This document shows positions 16,830 through 32,225 of a stretch of 64,000 nt of DNA, piece by piece (positions within the stretch are counted from its first letter, which is position 1; the number at the start of each line of letters is the position of its first letter). The stretch lies in assembly GCF_006345805.1 (NCBI RefSeq), contig NC_043014.1, forward strand, positions 22,382,001 through 22,446,000, in the 5' to 3' direction. The notes beneath the pieces were generated by a model. The model was given only the letters and a program-made list of their open reading frames with translations. It did no database searches and was not told the origin of the DNA. This DNA comes from Octopus sinensis. Taxonomy: Eukaryota. The position numbers were made by a program, and so were the translations under genes.

Positions 16830-17810
16830 ACTTTCTAACACCTTCCTTGGAATTCTTACTGTTCCTAACAGGACTGATTTTTGCAACAGCCCCATTCTGG
16901 TAGTAATTCCTAGCTTCTCAAGCCATGCATTCAACCTTTTACTAACTGCCCCCAGTTCACCAACCACAACCATTACCACTTCTAAGTGCCCAATTTTTCC
17001 GTAGTTTCCTGATTTCCCTCTTCAGCTCTTGATTTTTCTTAACTCACTTTCCTTCTCATTCACCCTTTAGCCCAACAGTGAAGCAATATCCATTATAATT
17101 GTTTTCTTCTTTTCTAACAACATGTCCTACAAGATCTTATATTGTTCATTTTCACCAACACTTTCCAGTTAGTGTTCATACCATTTCTCACTTCTGCTCA
17201 TGTCATACTTATGACAGAACTTCCTGTGAACCAATCTGGCAATGTTATCATGCCTTCTCTTGTACTCTTTTTGTGCAAGCATCTTACATTCAACAACTTA
17301 CAAAATGGGAAAATCACTTACTTGTCAGTACTGAACTTGATATAGTTTGTTCTCAGTACCTGTTCTTGGGCTGTGAAGATAAGGGCTTTAGTTTCAACTT
17401 TCAAGTTGCTTTTCCTTGTCCATTCTCAGATCTTATCTTTGTCAACAGTTTCAGGCATTTCCTGCAAGAATTGACCATATATTTTTCTTTCCGTCTATTC
17501 AAGATGTCATTCTGTCTGTCTTGTTTAAATTCTCCATTTTCCTTTACTTCATCACTGCTTAGGACTTCTATCTTTCTTACTCCTGCTGTCAATCTCTCTT
17601 TTGAATTTTTTACATATGATGCCTGATTATTTTCCTCAAATTTCACTCACATTTCACAATTAATGAGACCTCTCCCTTCTCTCTGTCATGAGAGACACAC
17701 CCAGCCCAAGTCACTTTTGTAGTGTAGAGCCCCTTGTATTGTTGTCATTTTCTTGGTCTTCCTATCTAGCCCCTTAAATTCATCACTTCTGTACTCTGTC
17801 ACATCAGTGC
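16830..17810 (-). mobile_element. Decayed non-LTR retrotransposon with restriction-like endonuclease C-terminus (R4/Dong-like)
   Basis: Minus strand reads AQEQVLRTNYIK, then VVGELGAV...LLQKSVLLGTVRIPRKVL. A second C-terminal fragment (KACLLGTARTLRKVL) lies at ~20130-20320. Confidence 0.7.
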
Positions 17811-18383
17811 AATATCTTGGAGCTGCAACTGTCATCGTTATAGTTGTTGTTGTTGGTGGTGGTTGTGGAGGAGGAGGAGGAGGACAGTTTGGCAGTAGAT
17901 TATTAAAATCATTATTAAAATCATTATTGTGGTATTTAGCTACGGCATTTTACATTCTGAGTTCAAATCCTCTTGTTGTCAACTTTTCTTTTCATCCTTT
18001 CGATATTGATAAAAGAAAGTACCTTTTAAATAGGAGGAAAAATTCTCTGATATTTAGTCATGTCCATTCACATTTTGAGTTGAAATCCTGCTATGTTCGA
18101 CTTTACTTTTCATCCTTTTGGCATTGATAAAATAAAGAACTAGTAATGTCTTGAGATTGATTTTAAATTAATTTCAACACTTCTTCAGAATTAACAGGAT
18201 TGATTGTTGGCAGTAGATGTCGTGATATTTATAGTAGTAGTAGCAGTGTTGGCGGCGACAGCAATAGTTCTGATAACATCAACAGCAATAATAGTAGTAG
18301 TAGCAGCAGCAGCAACAGCAATATAGTAACATTATTATTATTATTATTATCATTATTATTATTATTATCATTATTATTATTAT

Positions 18384-18414
<31 letters not shown>

Positions 18415-18484
18415 GGTGGTGGTGGTGGTGGTGGTGATAATGGTAATGGTAGTAGTATCAATGAAAATACAGACCTCCAAATAG

Positions 18485-18706
<222 letters not shown>

Positions 18707-18940
18707 TGATCATTGTCATCATCACCACTATTTTCATTGCCTGCATTACCATCAACACTACCACCATCATCATTGCTACCATCTACATTACGAACATAAA
18801 CACCATCATCTCCATTGTGATTACCATCATCCTCTCCACCATAACCATCACCACCTTTCATCATCAATACAGTCATCTCCACCACCATCATCATTATCAT
18901 TACCACTTGTTCATTGTTGATTACAATATGACTCATTTGA

Positions 18941-19093
<153 letters not shown>

Positions 19094-19120
19094 TAAGTTG
19101 ATGGCAAAAGAGAGTCTTTT

Positions 19121-19151
<31 letters not shown>

Positions 19152-19347
19152 CCTTCTTCTCAGTCTTTCTTGACTATACTGCATCACTACTACTGATGTT
19201 TTTCATTACACTACAACACAACTTCTGACTCCATTGCAGCTTTATTGCAGCCACTGCTAAATCATAACATGCTCCCCTCTCCCCCCAATACTGTCAGCAT
19301 GATCTATCGATCAATCCATTGAATTCATTTTAATATCCATTTTTTAA

Positions 19348-19818
<471 letters not shown>

Positions 19819-21727
19819 TAACATCTGTTTTCCATGCTGGCATAGGTTGAACAGTTTGAACAGAGCTGAGCAGCTGTACCAGGTTCCAGTCTGATTTGGC
19901 TTGGTTTGGGTGTTTTTAACATGCCATTGGCACAAGCACTTTCATGTGGCACTGACACAAGTGCTTTCTACATGACACCATGATTGTGTATCTATGTATA
20001 TTGAGATAAATCTAAGAACTACATAGAAGCTCCTTTACAGACAGCTGTGATCTCTGTTTAAAGATGACAAAGTACTTTTCTATTCATCTGTTCATCATTT
20101 CATTATTGTTCTTCTGGTATTGGATTACAACCTTTGATATTTAGCACCTTTCTTAATGTTCTTGCTGTGCCAAGCAAACAGGCTTTCTACAGCATCAATA
20201 TCCAACATCTTCAATCGTCATTTAGACTTCTTGTAACTGTTATGTGGTTAGAAATGTCCACACAGAAGCGGTAATAACAACATTACAGCAATTCTAAATT
20301 CTCTGAAGTATGTGTTTTAGGTCTTGGTATTTTTTATTTTCTCACATTCTTTGTCTACCAGTCTTGTATTAAATGGTCAAACAACAGCAGTTAAACAACA
20401 CACACATGCATATATATTATGAAAAAGTGAATATAAATTAAAAGAAGACAACACAGGAGGGCTAAGGTTTAACAAATATTGTATTTGTGGGGGAGAACAA
20501 GAGAAGAAAGGTTGAGTTGAGGGGGAAAGAGAAAACAAAACAGGAGAAATTGATAAAAAAATCATTTTCAATAAAATGCTGATGAATATACACACACACA
20601 CTAGTAAAACATCTTGGAAGATAGAAGTTGATAGTCAAAAAATATGCAAAAGAGGTTTAAGCAGGTGTAAGAGTTTTTAGAAGATTTATAAGGAAGGAGA
20701 GAACTAACATTTGAAAACATTTTTACAAAGTTGGAGGGTGTCCTAAGAGTCCAAAAATGGCAAAATGGTAAATTCCAGCAGTAAATTATGTGTGAATTGG
20801 GGACAACTGAAGTGAAAAGAGATTTCTCTAGACAGGAAGATGGAGGGGGGTAAGACGTGCGTGTGTGTGTGTACATTCACTAAAGTGTTGCACAAATGCC
20901 TTCCATTATCTGTTCCAGCTCTACTTTCTAAGTCCAAATCATGTTGAGGTCAACTTCACTTTTCATCTCTCCAGAGATTCCTAAACTACAGATTAAAGAT
21001 TGCAAGCTGACAGAACCCTTAGAACACTGGAAAATATACCTTGCAGTATTTTGTTCTGGCTCTCTACATTCTGAGTTCAAATACTGCTAAGGTCAGCTTT
21101 GTTTTCATCCTTTTGGGCTCAATGAAATACCAATCTAGTACTGGGGTTGATGTAATTGATTAGCCCCTCTCCTTAAAATTGCTGGCCTTGTGCCTAAATT
21201 AGAAACAACAACAATAATAATAATAGTGGTTTCAAATTTTGCTACAAGGGCAGCAGTTTTTGGGGAGGGGATGAGTCAATTACATTGACCCCAGTGTTCA
21301 ACTGATACTTATCTTATTGACCCTGAAAGAATGGAAGGTAAAGTCTACCTCAGCGGAATTTGAACTCAGAAAGTAGTGACAGGTGTAGTAGTAGTAATAA
21401 TAACAATAATATAGTAATAATAATAATAATAATAATAATTCTTTCTACTATATGCACAAGGCCTGAAATTTTGGAGTAGATGGAGGAGCTTGTCGATTAC
21501 ATTGGCCCCAGTGCTCAACTGGTACTTATTTTAACAACTCTCAAAGGATAAAAGGTGAAGTCAGCCGTGGCAGAATTTGAATTCAGAACGGAAAGACACG
21601 AATTGCTGTTAAGCATTTTCTTTTTTTACAAATCAGAGTAATTTTGATGACAGCAACAACACAGCTTTGCACTAGCAGTTTTTTGCAAAAGTCATTATTA
21701 TTATTACTATTATATCATTATTATTAA

Positions 21728-21968
21728 GGTAGCAAGCTGGCAGAATTGTTAGCACACTGGGCAAGATGCTTAGCAGGATTTCGTCCATCTTTATGTTCTT
21801 AGTTCAAATTCTACCAAGGTTGACTTTGCCTTTCATCCTTTTGGGGTCGATAAGTTAAGTACCAGTGGAACACTGGGTTCAGTGTAATCAGCTAGTCTCC
21901 CCTCCCCCAAATTTCAGGCCTTGTGCCTGCAGTAGAAAGGATTATTATTATTATCAATTATTATTATT
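21728..21968 (+). mobile_element. SINE with a Nin/Deu-like central domain; many copies at ~15830-16190, 16575-16740, 17890-18140, 21000-21620 (both strands), 26320-26495 and 33390-33740
   Basis: Head with gttcaaat B-box-like motif, core gcctttcatccttttggggtcgataa...agtaccag, (ATT)n tail. Confidence 0.75.
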
Positions 21969-23997
21969 TCTCTGGGTGACAGAACGAGATAATGGCAGAT
22001 AAATGATTTGCAGTTTTTAGTTACATGTTTTGAGTTCAAATCCCCCTGCTAGAATCGACTTCGCTTTTCTTCCATTGAGGATCAATGGCAAAGAATCAGG
22101 TTAGCAATGGGAGAAATGGAGATCAACTACAACCTTATTTCTGCAATTATTCATCCCTCAACTATTGTTCTTCATTATATTCACTGCATTACCCCTGCCT
22201 CATCTTTAATGAGTTCTTATTCTCCTTATACACACTTGCAACCTTTACCCACTCATACGTCTTGTTCTTCTGTCCCCACTCACTTCCTGTATCTTGAGGG
22301 TCCAATTTGGTACCTCATCGCCACTTTCCAGCTCCACCCTGATTATTCTCATTTAATGCAAGTAGCTGTTCTGCTCCCTTTTGTAGTTTAACCTATCTTC
22401 ATCTGACATAAAGCCACAGCTACATTCATTTGAAGGGGCTCTTAGTTTTTTGAGTTACATGGTGACTTCACTAATGCTAGTGCCTCAAAAAAATGCACTT
22501 AGTTCATTCTGTGAAGTGGTGGATATTAGGAGGAGCATCCAGCTACAGAAATCATACCAAAGCAAACATTAGGGTACAATGCAGTCTTCAGAGCCATCAT
22601 CTCCTGTCAAACCTTTCATTCCATGCCAGCATGCAAGATGGATATTAAAAGCTAATGATGACTGTGATGACTACTATTATACAAAGTATGTTACGAATTG
22701 AGGGTGGGCCTTGTTGATGGATGTTATCAGCATCATGCTGTTGGACACTTCCAAAGTAGTGAGGATCAACATCATTCTGAAGGAATACAAAGCACGGAGG
22801 AGCAAAAATTAACTTGAAGAAGTTGGTGAACTTGTAGCTCAGTAACTGGGAGAAGTTGTAAGAGGTTGGATCAACAGATCAATAAAAAAAATGCTCAGGA
22901 TCTGGTTCAGTTCCAACCTGTAGGAGGACCAGTACTGGAACAATGTAACAAGAAAATTGACCAGTCTCACTCAGAAAAAAGACTGAAGAATCTGCTCTTT
23001 GGTTTTTTTGTGAAAGGGACATGTTTCATTAATCAGCTGTCCATCTCTTACCAGCACCCTCTGCACAGCATGCTGTAGATGCTGATGCACAGACACATGT
23101 TCACACTTCACTGCCTGCAGAGATTCCTGGGCAATGAGCATGTGTAGTGGCCATTCATGAGGCACATCTTTCTGCAGCTTGTCTCTTTGGTGGTGCTGTT
23201 TTGAAGCCAGACCGAGCCCCTGGCTTCTTGCTTGTCATTAGGTGCTCACTGCCCTGTACCTCACTGGTAATCTATAGATGGTTAGTGGAGGGAAAGAACA
23301 ATGATGTTCTTGGAAATATTTGGGGCATCAGTAAAATTGAACTGGCTGGTCTGTTTTGGAGCTCTTTCAAGTTGGAGATTGTTATGGGCAACTTCTAGAA
23401 GTCCTTGTCCTGGTGATGCTACTGTGAAGCTGTGATGGTTTGAGATAAATTTTACAGGCATGGAAGTGCCGTTAGATGAGCCTGTTCAAGGTGCATGCAG
23501 AGGTGCAGAAAGCATTCTGCATGCTCTTGTTCGGTATCCTAGCATTGTTGATTTGTATAGTCACATTGCTGTCATGTGTGGGACAGATTTAATGACATTA
23601 AGATGATTGTTCTGCCACTTCTTTTAACCAGGTAGGGATGGCAGTTTTCTTGTCTGGTGGCTGTAGCTAAAGAGTTTGCGTAGTGGATAATTCATGCACT
23701 TTCCTTGGGCAATGCTTCATTGACTTTTGCAAGTTTTGCTCGAAAGGGAAGATGAGATTGGAGAAAAAGGTACTGTCCTCAAGTGAATTTATTGACAGAT
23801 AGATGAAAATTATGAAGATGGCAAGTGTGGATGAATGGACAATTAGAGATGGTATTTGCCTTTGGTGTTCAAGCAATCTTTGATGATGGGATTCTTTGAA
23901 TGGCTCTGGATAGTGGTCATCCTGTATCAGGAGAATTACATCATGTATACTTTTCATCATTTAATTTTTACTCATTTGATTTTGTATAACCCCTCCC

Positions 23998-24031
<34 letters not shown>

Positions 24032-24137
24032 TCATGTCTACAAAGACAGACTTCATGTCTGTCTTTGTATCATCCCCATCATCCATTACCCTGACGGCAA
24101 ATATAAAGAATTTACTACTTCTACTATTCAATTTCAG

Positions 24138-24281
24138 ATTTTACAGACAGTGAAGTAAATTCCCCTCGCACTCCTAAAACTCCCAGTTCTCCAGGAACCT
24201 ATTCCACTCTAAGACGTGTCCTTGATCAAAGACGACAGCTCGTGATGAAACTCTTTGAAGAATATGGACTTTTCCCATCAG
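24138..24281 (+). CDS. cic: CIC C1 domain, first half ([27 protein letters not shown])
   Basis: Translated by hand because it is absent from the ORF track. Acceptor atttcag (in-frame alternative at 24146), donor ag|GTAACA. Diagnostic C1 sequence, cf. human [27 protein letters not shown]. Confidence 0.95.
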
Positions 24282-24403
24282 GTAACAATGCCTTTGTTTT
24301 TTATTACAATTTTTGGGGCCCAGAGGTGGATGAAGCACCTATGAGAGGTAGTAGGGTTTGAGGGGTATTGTTACTGATGACATTAAGTGGATGCTGGCAA
24401 TAT

Positions 24404-24782
24404 TCTTTTATTCTTTTACTTGTTTCAGTCATTTGACTGTGGCCATGCTAGAGTGCCACATCAAGGGTTCTTATTCATACAAATCGACTCCAGTACTTAT
24501 CTTTTAAGTGTAGTACTTATTTTATCAGCCTCTCTTGCTGACCCATTAAATTACAAGGATGTAAACACACCAACACTGGTTGTCAAGTGGTGATGGTGGA
24601 GACAAACAGACACAAAGATACACACGCATGTAGATATATATATATATATATACAATTGGCTTCTTTCAGTTTCCATCTACCAAATCTACTCACAAGGCTT
24701 TGATTGACCCAAAGCTATAAAAGACACTTGCCCAAGGTGGTTGGGAAGGAAGCTTCTTATCACACAGCCATGTCTGTGCCTA
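24404..24782 (-). mobile_element. Copy of the abundant tRNA-derived octopus-type SINE (same family as 61521-61907)
   Basis: Shares cttgtttcagtcatttgactg...ttctttcagtttccatctaccaaatc...cacacagcca. Other copies at 46505-46895 and partial ones at 7353-7470, 36985-37110 and 39010-39150. Confidence 0.8.
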
Positions 24783-25167
24783 CTCTTTTGAAATGTCTTT
24801 GTAGTATTAGGTTCTAGGAGGTTGTGTAAGCTGCTCTTCTGTGATATTACCTTAGGGTAGTTGTGGCTGAAGCTATATGTTGTAGTCAAAGAATGCTATA
24901 GTTGCTAATTCTAACCATTTATCTAACCTAGAAATCTTATCACTATTGGTGTAAGCTAAGGATGTATCCTGTGCATCATTGTTTGATCCTCTGGAAATAA
25001 CAGCCAAATCTCCATCATCTCACACTATACTATCTCAAAGAATAAAATAAAAACAAGCTGGATAATGTAGTCCAAGATAAACTTTTTTAAAAGGTAGGAT
25101 AGTGATGGCTAGAATTTATTGATCATAGGATTTATTTGATCAGAGCTAACCTGGAGGTAAACCGCAG

Positions 25168-25220
25168 CTCCCAGTTTTTTTGGGAACTTATTCCACTCTA
25201 GGGTGTGTCCTTGATCAAAA
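25168..25220 (+). pseudogene. Degenerate partial copy of the cic C1 exon inside the last intron
   Basis: ctcccagtttttttgggaacttattccactctagggtgtgtccttgatcaaa aligns to exon 24180-24230 ctcccagttctccaggaacctattccactctaagacgtgtccttgatcaaa with a 1-nt insertion. Confidence 0.75.
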
Positions 25221-26480
25221 ATATATCTTTGGTATTATATTTATCTAACCTAAAAACCGTACTCCTAGTGGCGTTACATCTGAGATCCTACATGTGTCTA
25301 ACCTAGATCCCACCATTAATTGAATTATATGTCTATAACAGAGTATCTAACCTGGAATTCCTATCATTGCAGGAGTTTCCATTATTAGTATTACATGTCT
25401 TTTTTTTTTTCTGATGCTTTTGTGGATTGCCATAACTCTCTATCACGATCCAATTCCATTTTTATGAATTTGAATTGAGAGCTGGAGTCATAGGGAATCT
25501 TTCATTAGCTGATTACACAACCTTGGATGCCACCCCTGTGGATACATTGCAGTTACTCTCTTGGTAGAGCTTAGTGTTCCTGATCGTTGATCTTCTTGGA
25601 TTCCTCCACTCAGCATCAATGTAAGAAGCACTGTTGGCTCAGTTGAGCTCTTCCACTACTTCTTCACAATCCACCATGCTGCAGTCCCATGACTTTCCCA
25701 TGTCCCTGGCAGGGTGGCTGAACAGATGCTACACCCTGCCAAAGGGCAGCTTGTAGCTATACAGGGCATAGTCCTCACTCCATGAGGTATCTTCAAAATA
25801 ACTGCATACAATTTAAATTTGAGTTCATTTAAACCAATGAGCCCCAGATCACTTGTTTAGATAGCAAAAGCTGATGTTTTTAACCTTTGCATATTCCTGC
25901 TCACAGTAAATTTTAATGTCCAAATAGGTGTCACTGTCACTTGACAGTTGAGTGGTCACTCTCAGCAAGAGTCATTCTGCTATAAAACGTGTTGATTTAC
26001 CCTCAAGTCATCCCTGATTAAATAGGCACATGACTAGAAGCATTCCAACCATGACCATCATGCTTTTTTTGACATAGTCTTTCTTATGAAGGCACATGGT
26101 TTATTGGTTAGGATATTCAGCTCACAATTGTAAGGTCATGAGTTTGATTCCTGGCAGTGCATTGTGTCCTTGAGTGAGAGACTTTTGCTCCAGTTCACAC
26201 AGCTGGCAAAATTGAGCAGCACATGTAATTCAAATGGCCAGTCGTGTCATGTTATATATTATAGGTACATGTGTTTGTGGAGTGTTCAGCCACTTGCACA
26301 TTAATTTCACAAACAAGCTATCTGTTTTTACATTCTAAGTTCAAATACCACCAAGCTTGACTTTGCCATTCATCCTTTCCTGATTGATGAAATAAATACC
26401 AGTGGAACACCGGAGTTGATGTAATTGGCTTACTCCCTTCTCCCCCTCCCCAAACTTCCTGGTCTTGTGCCAAAATTTGA

Positions 26481-27371
<891 letters not shown>

Positions 27372-28114
27372 AGTGTGGAGTGGGGTGAGGGACACACACC
27401 CTTCCCTCTGCATACCACTCCTCTTCACTAAATGGCTTTGTTACATACACAAATATATACATATATATATGTATATGTAGACTTGTATGTATATACATAC
27501 TCACACATTATATATATATTATATATACATATGTGGTTTACTGTTGTCATGGAAACAGAACAAAGTATTTGAAATTAACCTCGTTGGATCTCTATCCCGA
27601 TCTCCCTTCTCCACCCCTCCAAGAAAAACAACATACATTTTCATAACTTGTTCCTCCACCTCACTTCTCTGTCCTCCTCTCGTCTCCAGCTCATCCTCTT
27701 CTTCCTTCCTATTGTTGTTGTTGTTATTGTTGTTGTTGTTGTTGTTATCAGTCCAACCAAGGGTATAATGATCAAAGTTTTCCCTGTGAAAAAAAAAGCA
27801 AAAAACTTTGTAGAAACAGACTGATACACACAGATAAACAAACGAAAAAGAAAGTTACATTAAGGAAAGAAAAAAATTTTTTTCTAATTTCTTTATTCAT
27901 GAACTTTAACCTGAGAGGTCAACATTTGTGACCTCTCTGTCTGTCTCCACAATGATGTTAAAGATGAAGATGATAATTTGACATATTGATGCAACATACA
28001 ATGACAGTAATGTGGTAGGATGGTGGTGGTGGTGGTGGTGTTTGTAAACTGTAGGTTGGTACTACTTACACATGACCTACCAGGACTATATATGGGTGTG
28101 TGCATGTGTTTGTG

Positions 28115-28169
<55 letters not shown>

Positions 28170-28511
28170 AAGGGATGGTTGTTGTGGGTGTGGTTCGTAG
28201 TTGTTGCTCTGTTGAGTAGACCTTTGCCTACAATACTGAATGATGTGGTGTAATACAGTACAAACTGCTAGAGCTTTAGGGTGTGATGATAATGTTCTCT
28301 TATGTAATCCACCCAAAGCTAAAACTCTCTATGTATGTCTTTTTTTCTTTTTTCTTTTTCTTGTGTGTGGACAATTATGTATGCAATCTAGCTTGTCTGA
28401 ATGTGCATATATACACACACTCACACTCACTCACACACACATTTACATTTTGAGACAGTTAACCACATAAGCTGTCAATATATCCACTGTCAATGTGTCC
28501 AGTAACTTCAC

Positions 28512-28517
28512 AATAAA
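28512..28517 (+). promoter_or_regulatory. Candidate cic polyadenylation signal (AATAAA); more distal signals also exist (e.g. ~29306)
   Basis: AATAAA followed by a T-rich tract about 1.1 kb after the stop. The true 3' end cannot be fixed from sequence alone. Confidence 0.3.
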
Positions 28518-30406
28518 ACTGTTTTTTTTATTCATACTGCCAAAGTCTGTCATTAGTGTTGGACTATGCAAGGTCAAAGCTTAAAGGCTTGTTGCTATTT
28601 TGGTTTCTATCTGTGTATTAGGAAACTTCTCACACACTCTATGTCCCCTTCCCTTGGAAGGTGTGAAGTAGCAGAAAATGGAGTTTGCTACCCTAATGTG
28701 TGGTATTTGGGTCTTTTTTTTTTAAATAATTTAAAACGAAATTGTTATATTGAATATTAGGAATTTTTTTTATGGAACTGACAATGTGTATGTGTATCTA
28801 CATACATATATATATGTGTACATATGTCTATGTTTGTGTATGTGTAGTATGGTTCCTTAATCCATATGAGAGAGAGAGATTATGAAGGTATAACATATAC
28901 AATATGTTGTATGTATTATACTCCAAACCAAATTTTCTGCTGCATTTGAACTCATCATTTATATTTCCTTTGTCTTTACTATTCTTTCTTCTCTTCCTCA
29001 TTTGTAAATTTATATTCACTCAAACATATATGCACATACACACACACGCACACATATATAATGTGTATGTGTGTGTACATATGTGCGCACACACACACAC
29101 ACTTCTCCACCAGCTCACTGAACTGTCTGTGTGTATGTATTTAGATTTATATGTACACTGTATCATTGGTATTTAAAATGCACATTGATTAGCACATATA
29201 TTTATGAATTAGTAAGATATATAAATATATATACATCTTCATTCAAAGCTAATTATTAACTCAGTCGCTATTCCTGAGTAATAATGAAGTGAATAGTCAG
29301 CTTTGAATAAAGAAATACACTCTTATCTTCATGTATTGAGTACTTTTTCCACCATTTGAAATGAATACCCAAAGTCATATATGCTCTCTTCTATATAGGT
29401 TAGTTATATTTTGTTATAAACTGTTCGAAAAATATAGTGGAAAGCTAGTAGCAAAAATAGCAGGTGTACCAAAGTACAAATTAGGATATGGGCCAGACTG
29501 AATCTCAGCTTACACTCTCCCCGCACCCTCTCATTCTTTGTCTTTTCTATATGTCTATGAGCATACGTCTATTTCACATATAGAAATGTGCAATATGTAT
29601 TTATACACACATATACAGCATACAAACTGAGGGATGAGGTACAGTGCTGTTTTCAGACCCATTCAATATATGCTAATGTGGTGATTCAGGCACAGAAAAA
29701 ATGATGATGATATGCATCTCACACACATACAAACACACACCTCATCCATGCATGCCTACCAGATAAGACTAAATAATCTTCTTTAAGATTTGGATCCATT
29801 TATGAAAAATCTTCGGAAGATTTTTTTTTATGTGTCAATTCTTTGATCTCCTTCTACACACTTTCTATCTGTTTCCTCTTTTTTCGTTATATACATACAT
29901 TCATGGGTGCATGCATACATATGCATGTAATTGTGTGTGTGCGTATGTGTATACACACACACACACACACACACATGGTTGTATGTGTTTGTGCAAGTTC
30001 ATATCTTGTAAGTTTTACAATTTAGTTAATCTGCTTTCATCTACATGCATACACACTACTTTTTCTTCTTCCATGCCTTACCTCATCCATAATAAAAGTT
30101 CCTTCTCTTTGACTCCTCTTCCATCACTTCCTTTGATGTCCTTTGCTACCCCATCATACAAATATCAATGCAGCCTCTCCTATTCTACTCTTTCTGTTAC
30201 TAGTCTGATATTATTCTTCACTGTTGGAAACTGTTGCACTCTTTCATTCCCACCATTACCACCACACCCTCTAGCACCAGGAAGAAGAGGTGGGGTTGGG
30301 CACAAATTTTTATCTACCCTACTCCCATCCTACCTCACTCATTTTTTTTTTCAGTTGGTCCTTCCCACTTGTCCTCTGTCATTGACCTCACCTTCCCATA
30401 TACACG

Positions 30407-30450
<44 letters not shown>

Positions 30451-31140
30451 GCTCTGTGTGTGTGTGACTTACAAGCTTCTTTCACCTAAATGGAGGGTAA
30501 TTTAACTGTCGCACAAAGACATTTATATTCATATAAGGTGTGTAACTAATGAAGATGTATGTAATGGTTGTAGATGCTCATATTTCCTTTTAGCTTATCT
30601 TGTTTGTCATATATTTTCTTCTGAGGTAAATATTTATGTCCACACACACATTTACATATCTGCTATACGTTTGCTTTGTTTGTGTGCAGTGTGCATGCAT
30701 GCATGTCATAGGAAATATGGAATGACATATAAACAGAAAGCTGTAAGTGCATCAGCTAGGACATAAAATGATTCGGTGGGGTTGTGTCAATAGATGCAGT
30801 AGTCTAATCTTGTGCAACCTTTGCCATGGTGAAATAACAAGTATAAATCATGATGATGACAATCAGTTAGTTGTCATATTAATAATAATTATGCCTCTAT
30901 GTATCAGAGTAGCTGGCATACTGTACTCCTCTCCTCATACTTCTGACTATTCCTTACTGGACTTTATTTGTTTCAAACAGTATTGCTAATGGTGTATTGT
31001 TGTACCTCAAGCATCTGAAAGTTTTAGCGAATTTGATTATATTTCCAAAAATTCCAAACAATTTTTGTTGATTTTTATCAGCTTTGGCAGCCTTTTCACT
31101 AAAACTCTGCTTCCTCTCTACATATGTGTGTGTATGTATG

Positions 31141-31172
<32 letters not shown>

Positions 31173-32151
31173 GTGTGTATTTCATATACAGTATTGTGTT
31201 GTTGAAAGTAATTCTTGTCTCATGGCAGCTTTCCATTCTTTTAACTTTTGGTCTCCTGCCTCTGCCTTCTCTCCTTGCTAAATTTTTCTGACATCAAAAG
31301 CCCCTTTGGATTTGAGCATCAGAATTTTGGCAGGAACAATCTAGAATATGGAACAACTTGTTGATCTTTTAATACTACTAGCCGTAGTTGCCATTAAGGT
31401 TTATAGCTAAATCATATAACAACAGCACATCGTTCTGAAGATTGTTAGTGAATTTTAAATATTAGTAAATTAACAACAACTATAATTATTTATAGTCATA
31501 ATTAAGAAGGTGAAAACAATAGACTGTCACACTTTATCTTTTTGTCTTGTGCATGTAGAGGTAGTGAAAAGATTGGCAGGTCCATAATGTGAATACTGCT
31601 TTTTTGGTCTTCTTTTATGTTGCCCATTCAGAGAGAGAAGAAATCAGTGGCAGTCCTTGACTTATCAACCTCATGTAGATATCTTACATTGTTTTACTTT
31701 TGTCTCCCTCAACATTCTGATTGCACACCCTGCCAAGGAGTGTCATACAGTTAGGTTATTCAGATAACTACTCTATAGTGTAAATTTCAGCCTTGTGCCT
31801 AATGAAAACAAATAAGTCATTAATAAGATAATTGATACTGGGGCCCAGTGACTAAGTTTAAAGTCCTGGACTATTACACCCATAATTATAAGTTCATATT
31901 TTACCATAGCACAATCATTATATCATATTTTTGAGCAAGACATAACACTGTTTGTTTCAGTTTGCCTTAACTGAACAAAAAGGAAGTGTGACTCTAGTTC
32001 CTACTTCACAATTAAGTGGTTAATTGTTAGATGGGACATCTCCTAAACTGTAACTGTATTCACTCTAATACAAAACAAACCATCTAACCCATAGTCCAGG
32101 TTGTAAATCAAAAAGAAAATATTGATTCTTTGGCAGTACAAATTTTGTAGG

Positions 32152-32225
<74 letters not shown>

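Noticed and set aside
22700-23900. GC-richer intronic block that might be a decayed retroelement
   Set aside because: No diagnostic motif could be read with confidence.
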